A stretch of DNA of 64,000 nt from Nitrospira sp. (lineage in GTDB: Bacteria > Nitrospirota > Nitrospiria > Nitrospirales > Nitrospiraceae): NCBI GenBank assembly GCA_035495295.1, contig DATJGE010000103.1:8468-72467 (forward strand), given 5' to 3'. This document shows positions 42,015-48,851 of the stretch, one piece after another (position 1 is the stretch's first letter; every line of letters starts with the position of its first letter). The notes beneath the pieces were generated by a model. That model saw nothing but the letters and a program-made list of their open reading frames with translations, ran no database searches and was not told the origin of the DNA. A program made the position numbers and the translations under genes.

Positions 42015-42508
42015 GGGTGCAAGCCCCTCACGGCCCCTTTGGTGATAAACAGCGCGAGCGGAATCCGCTGCTTCATAAACGTTTCCGCCACCCACTTGAA
42101 GTCTTCGAGCGCCGTTTTTTCAGTGAGTGTCCGATGAGGAATTTTCATCGTATCAAGAAATTGAGGCATGACCTCGCCCATGACCAGGTGCTCCGGAGCA
42201 TCTTTGCCGCCTTGTCCGCGCCAGGAAACGATCAGGATACAAGGTTGGCGGTAGATCACATTCAACGAAATCAGTGTATTGAGCGATGTGCCCAGACCGG
42301 AGTTTTGCATGAGCACTGCGGGAATCTTCCCGCCCATATAGGCGCCCGCCGCCATCGCCACCGCTTCGTCTTCTCGGACTGCCGGCGTGTACAGGCGCCT
42401 GTCCATCAATTCGGCGATGATCCCGCCGAGGATCGAATCGGGAACGCCGGTGAAAAAATTGACACCCATGTCTTGCAACGCCTGTACGAACGCACCGCTT
42501 TCGATCAC
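42011..42508 (-). CDS. phosphonopyruvate/sulfopyruvate decarboxylase-like alpha subunit
   Basis: FTGVPDS, REDEAV, MQNSGLG and WRG..G.DAPEH motifs (Ppd-type). Confidence 0.88.
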   Translation of the reverse strand: MIESGAFVQALQDMGVNFFTGVPDSILGGIIAELMDRRLYTPAVREDEAVAMAAGAYMGGKIPAVLMQNSGLGTSLNTLISLNVIYRQPCILIVSWRGQGGKDAPEHLVMGEVMPQFLDTMKIPHRTLTEKTALEDFKWVAETFMKQRIPLALFITKGAVRGLHP

Positions 42509-42543
42509 GACGTCATCCCTTCACGATACGAAAAAGTGCGCGC

Positions 42544-42573
42544 ATTATAAGACATGGCGCGACGCATTCTCAA
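42544..42573 (-). promoter_or_regulatory. sigma70-type promoter of the decarboxylase operon
   Basis: TTGAGA-N18-TATAAT on the minus strand. Confidence 0.55.
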
Positions 42574-42621
42574 GAAAACGAACCCGTTGCGCCGCTCCAC
42601 ACCTCGTGATAGCGTTACCGC

Positions 42622-43131
42622 ATGCGACCGATATGCATACTCCTCCTGGCAGGATCGCTCGTATGCGGTCCCGCGCTCGCCGGCGCCGTGTCGATGAGCA
42701 ACGATCCCAAGGGATTCCGCAATATCGTCTGGGGATCGGCGTTGAACACGCGCGCCGATCTGGAACCGACGCGGCAAGGCCCCAGCATCATCGACTATCG
42801 CTTCAAGAACTCGCCCCCAATGTTTGCGGAGATTCCAGTCGAAAGTCTCCAGCTGTCGACGGTGGATAACCAATTCGCGCGGGTGACCGTCCGCTACCGC
42901 GGTGAGGACACGCATAAGAAAATTCTTGCGTACCTCGAATCGGAGTTTGGCCGTATGGAACGCCTGCCAGGACAAATGTTGCGTGGCTTGAATCAGCAAT
43001 ACAACTGGCGAGGGAGCGAATCGGAAATCAATCTCACGTATCAGGCCGGCACCGAACGCGGCTATGTGTTTATCGACAGCCGTACGCTGGCTCCCCGATT
43101 CAACGATTTACTCGCCGATACAGCGGAGTAG
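42622..43131 (+). CDS. secreted hypothetical protein (paralog 1)
   Basis: Signal peptide; DPKGFRNIVWG and FARVTVRY shared with the next gene. Confidence 0.8.
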   Translation: MRPICILLLAGSLVCGPALAGAVSMSNDPKGFRNIVWGSALNTRADLEPTRQGPSIIDYRFKNSPPMFAEIPVESLQLSTVDNQFARVTVRYRGEDTHKKILAYLESEFGRMERLPGQMLRGLNQQYNWRGSESEINLTYQAGTERGYVFIDSRTLAPRFNDLLADTAE

Positions 43132-43135
43132 CTCC

Positions 43136-43684
43136 ATGTTTCGCTCATCGACCTTGGCGTCGACTGCAGCTTTCAGCGCAGTCCTCTACGCGCTGCTATG
43201 TTCGAGCGATGCGGCGTTTGCCGTGCAGATGAAAGAAGATCCGAAAGGATTCGAAGGAATCCCTTGGGGCGTCGCCCTATCCGAATCCGAAACTTTTGGG
43301 AAAGTCGAGGACGCGGGGCGGCTCAAGACCTATGAGCTCAAAGGGGGGCCGCCGACCTTCGGACCGGCAACAGTCGAGTCGATGAAGTTCACTACCGTGG
43401 ACGACCGATTCGCGCGCGTCACCGTCCGTTACCATGGCAAGGAAACCCACGATCAGCTGCTGACCTTTCTCCAGTCACGGTACGGCCCACTCGACCGCAC
43501 TCCCGGCCAATTCGCGGGGGGGGCCGTTAAGATCTTCGCCTGGCAGGGTATCGAAACCGAGGTCAGTCTGCGTTACGAGACGCGCACAGATCGCGGGATC
43601 ATCTTTTTTGAAAATCCTTCGCTCGCGAGCCGCATCGAAGGCGCGATGGCGCCGGATCCAGACTTGGGCGGCGCCACCTATTAG
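43136..43684 (+). CDS. secreted hypothetical protein (paralog 2)
   Basis: Signal peptide ending AFA; DPKGFEGIPWG and FARVTVRY. Confidence 0.8.
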   Translation: MFRSSTLASTAAFSAVLYALLCSSDAAFAVQMKEDPKGFEGIPWGVALSESETFGKVEDAGRLKTYELKGGPPTFGPATVESMKFTTVDDRFARVTVRYHGKETHDQLLTFLQSRYGPLDRTPGQFAGGAVKIFAWQGIETEVSLRYETRTDRGIIFFENPSLASRIEGAMAPDPDLGGATY

Positions 43685-43774
43685 CGGCGCCATCTAGTAG
43701 TAGACGCGAGCGCCTGTTCGCGCAAACTTTTCATTGACAACGTCCCGTCCGCTTTCGCATCATGCACGTTCACC

Positions 43775-45454
43775 ATGCATAACGCGACAAAATTACGCGA
43801 GGCCCTGAAGCGGCCGGGTGCGCTCAAAATCGTCGGCGCCCATGACGCGCTCAGCGCGCGTCTGATCGAGCAGGCCGGGTTCGACGGCGTCTGGGCCAGC
43901 GGTTTCGCCATCTCCGCCTCCTTGAAGTGCATTCCGGACGCCAGCTTCATCACATCCAGCGAGCAACTCGAGATCGAGCGCAACATCGCTGAGGCCGTCA
44001 GGATTCCGGTCATCGCCGACTGCGACACCGGCTATGGCAATGCCCTCAACGTGATGCGGACGGTGAACGATCGCGAACGGGCGGGCGTGGCCGCCATCTG
44101 TATCGAGGACAATGTATACCCGAAGCGCTGCAGCTTCTACGCCGGCGTTCGACGGGAATTGATCCCGATCGAGGAGCACTGCGGAAAGATCAAGGCCGCA
44201 AAGGCCGCGCAGACGGTGGCGGACTTCATGGTCATCGCCCGCACCGAGGCCCTGATCGCCGGATGGGGACAAGAAGAGGCTCTGAAGCGCGCAGAAGCCT
44301 ATGCAGAAGCCGGCGCCGATGCGGTGTTGATCCATTCGAAGTCCAAAACCTTCGACGAGCTGAAGAAAGTCTACCGTCTCTGGTCCCAGCGGGTTCCGCT
44401 GGTCGTCGTCCCGACCATCTTCGACCAAACGACGGCGGACGAAATGGCGCAAGCGGGCGCCAAAATCATTATCTATGCGAATCAACCGGTCCGCGCCGCC
44501 ATTCGAGCGATGAGAGAGACCTTGGCGGTCATCCAAAAGGACACTCGACCCGGCGCGGCAAACGACCGCATCGTGACCTTGCCGGAAGTCTACGACATCG
44601 TCGGCGTTCCGCAAATGGAACGAGACGAAAGAGCCTTTCTCCCCGTCGGCAGCGAAAAGATCACGGCCATCATTCCGGCGGCGGGATTTGAGAAACAATT
44701 ACTGCCGCTGATCGAAGACAAGCCTAAATGTCTCCTGGACATCAAAGGGAAAACCATTCTTGAACGCGCCGTCGGTGCCTTGAATGAGGCGAACATCAAG
44801 GAGATTGCGGTGGTTCGGGGCTATAAGAAGGAAGCGATCGCACTGCCGAATATCCGGTATTACGATAACGACCGGTATGAAGACAGTGGAGAGCTGCATT
44901 CGATTTTCTGCGCCGAAGCGGAAATGAAGGGGCGAACGATCGTCTTGTATGGCGACATCATCTTCGACAGCACCATCCTGGAAAAACTTTTAAAAAGCGC
45001 CGCCGATATTGCGCTCATCGTGGATCTTGCTTGGCAGGATCAGATCCAACGGGGCGGACCTCCTTCTCATCTAAATCCCGATTTAGTCACGTTGGCGGAG
45101 CCGCCCGGCAATAGCGCTCTGCCCCGATTCGTCGTGGGAGACGGCGACTATCGTGTCATCAAAATAGGTCAGCAGCTGCCGGTCGAACGCGCTCACGGAG
45201 AGTTCATCGGTATGGCAATGTTTTCTGAAAATGGCACGCGCGCCTTGCGGGATTGCTACCGCCGCTCGCAGGAACGCTACAAAGGTGCTGCATTCCATGA
45301 AGCCAGCAGTGTCAGCAAGGCCGCCTTTACCGATCTCATTCAGGAACTGATCGACCAGGGCCACCGCGTCGATGCCGTACCCATTTTTAAAGGATGGATG
45401 GAAGTCGATTCGTTCGAGGAGTATCAGAAAGCCTGGGCGAGAATCCGCCAGTGA
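43775..45454 (+). CDS. phosphoenolpyruvate mutase-like (ICL/PEPM family) fused to a nucleotidyltransferase domain
   Basis: GAHDALSA, WASGF, DCDTGYG, EDNVYPKRCS, ARTEA, LIHS, VVVPT, IYANQ; C-terminal PKCLL...GEFIG...WMEVD. A candidate TTGACA promoter lies at 43734. Confidence 0.85.
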   Translation: MHNATKLREALKRPGALKIVGAHDALSARLIEQAGFDGVWASGFAISASLKCIPDASFITSSEQLEIERNIAEAVRIPVIADCDTGYGNALNVMRTVNDRERAGVAAICIEDNVYPKRCSFYAGVRRELIPIEEHCGKIKAAKAAQTVADFMVIARTEALIAGWGQEEALKRAEAYAEAGADAVLIHSKSKTFDELKKVYRLWSQRVPLVVVPTIFDQTTADEMAQAGAKIIIYANQPVRAAIRAMRETLAVIQKDTRPGAANDRIVTLPEVYDIVGVPQMERDERAFLPVGSEKITAIIPAAGFEKQLLPLIEDKPKCLLDIKGKTILERAVGALNEANIKEIAVVRGYKKEAIALPNIRYYDNDRYEDSGELHSIFCAEAEMKGRTIVLYGDIIFDSTILEKLLKSAADIALIVDLAWQDQIQRGGPPSHLNPDLVTLAEPPGNSALPRFVVGDGDYRVIKIGQQLPVERAHGEFIGMAMFSENGTRALRDCYRRSQERYKGAAFHEASSVSKAAFTDLIQELIDQGHRVDAVPIFKGWMEVDSFEEYQKAWARIRQ

Positions 45455-45600
45455 TCCCACGTACAACCACGTAGTCCTCGTGTCGCTTCACGACTAGCGC
45501 TTTTTTGCCCCCCATCCGTGGGGTCTCAGCCCCCTCTCCTTGGGAATGGCCGCCGCGCACTCCTGGGGTATTCTCGAGATGTGTCGATGAGGAGGACCCC

Positions 45601-46020
45601 ATGAAATGCAGCTTGCTTGAACTCCACCACGCCTTGCCCCGCGCACATACCCCCCTCGACCGCCGTTACGCCGAACGCGCACTGATTGACCACGAGGTCA
45701 CGTACACAAGCACGGAAGGCGCCAGATTCATCACGTCAACCGGCACGCTGAAAGATCTGTCGAAGACAGGTTGCAGAGTCATCGGGACGACGCTTCCTGC
45801 GATTGGAACGTGCATTACCGTCACGTTGTATTTGGACGATGGAGAGTCGCCGCTCTGCCTGACGGAGGCGACGGTGTCCTGGATCAAGGGCCACGTCTTC
45901 GCCGTGCGATTTCCGAAACTCACAGACGCCGAACGAAAACGGATCCAAGGAACGATCTGGAAACATGTCAGCTTATCCCCTGGCAAAAATCACAGAACGG
46001 CATTTCGCATTGTGCCCTAG
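45601..46020 (+). CDS. stand-alone PilZ domain protein
   Basis: RRYAER and DLSKTG; GAGGAGG RBS before ATG 45601. Confidence 0.85.
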   Translation: MKCSLLELHHALPRAHTPLDRRYAERALIDHEVTYTSTEGARFITSTGTLKDLSKTGCRVIGTTLPAIGTCITVTLYLDDGESPLCLTEATVSWIKGHVFAVRFPKLTDAERKRIQGTIWKHVSLSPGKNHRTAFRIVP

Positions 46021-46070
46021 AAGTCTGTCCGCTCGGTCGCGTATAGACGGTGCATTATTGGAGGAACAGG

Positions 46071-46466
46071 ATGCGACAAGCCAGCATGGATCAGGCGCGC
46101 AGGACCCCGGTTAAGCCGTCCCACGATAATCGTCGGGGAACCGAGCGAGTGCCCACGCAGTTTAGTCTCATGTACTCGGGAATGTCCGACGGTCGCATGC
46201 TGATCGGCAACGGGATCGTGACGAACATTTCAAAGTCCGGCATTGGGATCCAAGGCAATCACTCAGTCAAGCTCGGGATGGATCTCTCGCTGTTTGTCGA
46301 TCTCCCAGGCGTAGAAGAGCCGATTTGCATCGCCCAAAGCCGAGTGTCCTGGGTTTCGGGACGACGGTTTGGGGTGGAAATGATCGACCCGAAGCTGGAA
46401 GTGCAGAACGAGCTGCGTTTTTATGTCTGGAATCATCTCCATCGGCCGAGGGCCAAGAAAGGGTGA
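46071..46466 (+). CDS. stand-alone PilZ domain protein
   Basis: RRGTER and NISKSG; GGAGG RBS. Confidence 0.85.
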   Translation: MRQASMDQARRTPVKPSHDNRRGTERVPTQFSLMYSGMSDGRMLIGNGIVTNISKSGIGIQGNHSVKLGMDLSLFVDLPGVEEPICIAQSRVSWVSGRRFGVEMIDPKLEVQNELRFYVWNHLHRPRAKKG

Positions 46467-46471
46467 CCGCC

Positions 46472-46876
46472 ATGAAACAGACACGCGGACGAGCGTCGAG
46501 ACTTTCGCATAAGACATTTCCCATGTGTGACCGCCGGACGGAGCCTCGGTTGCCGGTGGATTTCCGTCTGATGTATTCGGCGCAGGATGACGGCAGCGAT
46601 TTGATTATGGGTGACGGCCGTGTCGTCGACCTGTCGAACACCGGCCTGCACATTCAAGGCAATACCGCTGTGACGGCGGGGTTGGAAATGACGTTGTTTC
46701 TCTATCTTCCAGACGGCAGGGATCCCCTCTTTGTCCTCAGCGCGCGGGTGGCCTGGTCAAAAGGCCATCAGTTCGGCGTGGAAATTCTGAAGATGAATGT
46801 TCGCGAACGGAATCGATTGCGCTATTTTCTCTGCTCGAATCTGCAACAGCACCCGACCTGTCGCCGGACAGCATAA
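46472..46876 (+). CDS. stand-alone PilZ domain protein
   Basis: RRTEPR and DLSNTG. Confidence 0.85.
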   Translation: MKQTRGRASRLSHKTFPMCDRRTEPRLPVDFRLMYSAQDDGSDLIMGDGRVVDLSNTGLHIQGNTAVTAGLEMTLFLYLPDGRDPLFVLSARVAWSKGHQFGVEILKMNVRERNRLRYFLCSNLQQHPTCRRTA

Positions 46877-46919
46877 GATCCGTTTGGGTTGCCTGCCTTC
46901 GAGGTTTGTGCTATCAAGT

Positions 46920-46937
46920 AGTGAGTAACCACTCACT
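46920..46937. promoter_or_regulatory. putative TetR operator
   Basis: Perfect inverted repeat AGTGAGT-AACC-ACTCACT just downstream of TTGCCT-N17-TATCAA and upstream of the tetR gene. Confidence 0.7.
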
Positions 46938-46951
46938 CACTGCATACCGCG

Positions 46952-47575
46952 ATGGCACGACCCCCACGGCCCACTAGCCAACAGCGACAGGCCGGCCTGA
47001 TTGCGGCCGCGGCCTCGCTGTTCGCGGCGAAAGGCTTCAACGGCACAACGACGAAGGAGATCGCCCGGGCCGCCGGCGTGAGCGAAGCGCTGGTATTCAA
47101 GCATTTTCCGACCAAGCACGCACTCTACCGAGCGATCCTCGCAGAAAAGGTTACGGTCGACGAACTGCTGGCCTCCGTCGAGGAATCGGCCAGAAAGCGG
47201 GACGACCGCCGAGTGTTCACCCTGATCGCCCGGTTCCGGATTCGATCAGGCGTCGATTCGACGTTTTTGCGATTGCTGTTGTTCAGCGCTCTCGAAGGGC
47301 ACGAATTATCCGAGATGTTTTTCGCCAAGCATCACCGCGTCTTCTATGACCATCTTGCGACCTACATTCAGATGAGAATCGCCGAAGGCGGCTTCCGCGA
47401 AGTCGACCCGCTGCTCGCCGCCCGTGCCTTCATCGGAATGGTCGTCCATCATCGTCTCCTGCATGACATCTTCGGTGTGCCGATGCATCGTTCCCATGAC
47501 GAAACGGTGGCCGCCTATGTCGAGCTGTTCCTGAATGGCCTTGTGACGCATCCGTTGAGAAGGCCGGCGACATGA
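46952..47575 (+). CDS. TetR/AcrR family regulator
   Basis: LFAAKGFNGTTTKEIARAAGVSEALVFKHFPTK HTH. Confidence 0.95.
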   Translation: MARPPRPTSQQRQAGLIAAAASLFAAKGFNGTTTKEIARAAGVSEALVFKHFPTKHALYRAILAEKVTVDELLASVEESARKRDDRRVFTLIARFRIRSGVDSTFLRLLLFSALEGHELSEMFFAKHHRVFYDHLATYIQMRIAEGGFREVDPLLAARAFIGMVVHHRLLHDIFGVPMHRSHDETVAAYVELFLNGLVTHPLRRPAT

Positions 47576-48759
47576 AATCGGTCAAACAGCATCCTTTGGT
47601 CACGCTCGGCGTCATCATCTTTTTCGCCGTCACGGCGCTCGTCGTCTTCCGCCTGAGCAGCGGCGCCAAGGTCGATCAGAAGAAATCTCGAGTCATTACG
47701 GTCGGGACCGTCACGCCGCTCAAGCACGACCTCGACATCAGGCTGGCCTATACGGCAGACATCACGCCGAATCAGGTGGTCAACATCTTTTCCAGGGTCG
47801 ACGGCTACATCGCCAAGCTGTATGTCGACAAGGGTGATTTCGTCAAGGCGAACCAGCTACTCGTTGAAATCGACCATCAAGATTACCTGCACGCGGTCAA
47901 TCAAGCGAAAGCCAACGTGGCCGCCGCCAAAGCGAAAGTGACTCAACAGGAGGCATCGGTTCGCAATGCCAAGCTCACCCTCGACCGCATGCAAGCCCTC
48001 ATCAAAGAGCAGTTCGTCTCGCAACAAGATCTGGACAACGCAGAAGTGAACTTAGAGGGCGCCGTAGCCGCCTTGGAGTCGCTGCGTGCGCAAGTGAAGC
48101 AGATGGAAGTCGCGCTCGCCCAAGCGGAAACCAATCTCGCCTACTCCTATATTCGCGCACCATTTGCCGGTTATGTGGCGGAACGCAATCTCGATCTAGG
48201 CGCGTATGTCACAGGAGCTGCCACCGCCAATTCAACAACGTCTCGCGGTATTGTGAGCCTGCATGATGTCGAAACTGTCCGCACGTTGATTGAAGTCGTC
48301 GAAAGGGACGTTCCGCTCGTGCAAATCGGTCAAAAAGCGGAGATCCGGGCCGAAGCCTATCCGGACCGTGTGTTTGAAGGCACAGTCACGCGCGTGGTGC
48401 AGGCCTTGAATCGCGCGACTCGGACGATGACGGTTGAAATAGACCTGCCCAACAAGGACCGTCGGCTCAAGGGCGGCATGTTTGCGCGAGTGGAGGTGTT
48501 GGTGGGCAAACACGAGAACGCCCTGCTGGTTCCGATCGATGCCGTCAGCCGCTTGGAGGACGCGCAATATGTATACGTCGTGCGCGATGGAAAAGCCGAC
48601 CGCGTTCCCGTCGAAATCGGCGTGCGGGATGCCAACCGGGTGGAAATCACCAAAGGTCTCACCGGATCAGAACAGGTCATTGTCTCCGGCAAAGACCTCG
48701 TGCACGACGGGACGCCCGTGCAAACTGAGCCGCTTCAACCAGGAAAGCGTGATGGGTGA
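47572..48759 (+). CDS. RND efflux periplasmic adaptor (MFP)
   Basis: TM anchor, lipoyl halves (VDKGDFVK; IRAPFAG), hairpin, TRT and LKGGMF. Confidence 0.93.
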   Translation: MKSVKQHPLVTLGVIIFFAVTALVVFRLSSGAKVDQKKSRVITVGTVTPLKHDLDIRLAYTADITPNQVVNIFSRVDGYIAKLYVDKGDFVKANQLLVEIDHQDYLHAVNQAKANVAAAKAKVTQQEASVRNAKLTLDRMQALIKEQFVSQQDLDNAEVNLEGAVAALESLRAQVKQMEVALAQAETNLAYSYIRAPFAGYVAERNLDLGAYVTGAATANSTTSRGIVSLHDVETVRTLIEVVERDVPLVQIGQKAEIRAEAYPDRVFEGTVTRVVQALNRATRTMTVEIDLPNKDRRLKGGMFARVEVLVGKHENALLVPIDAVSRLEDAQYVYVVRDGKADRVPVEIGVRDANRVEITKGLTGSEQVIVSGKDLVHDGTPVQTEPLQPGKRDG

Positions 48760-48843
48760 TCAGTGACAGGTGACACGCACACGACTGACCTCAGTGCTCA
48801 TCCGGCAGGATTCACTCGTTACTCATCACTCATCGCTGATTAC
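48749..48843. repeat. inverted heptamer-array intergenic element, copy 1
   Basis: GTGATGG GTGATCA GTGACAG GTGACAC ... GATTCAC TCGTTAC TCATCAC TCATCGC TGATTAC. Confidence 0.65.
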
Positions 48844-48851
48844 CATCCATT

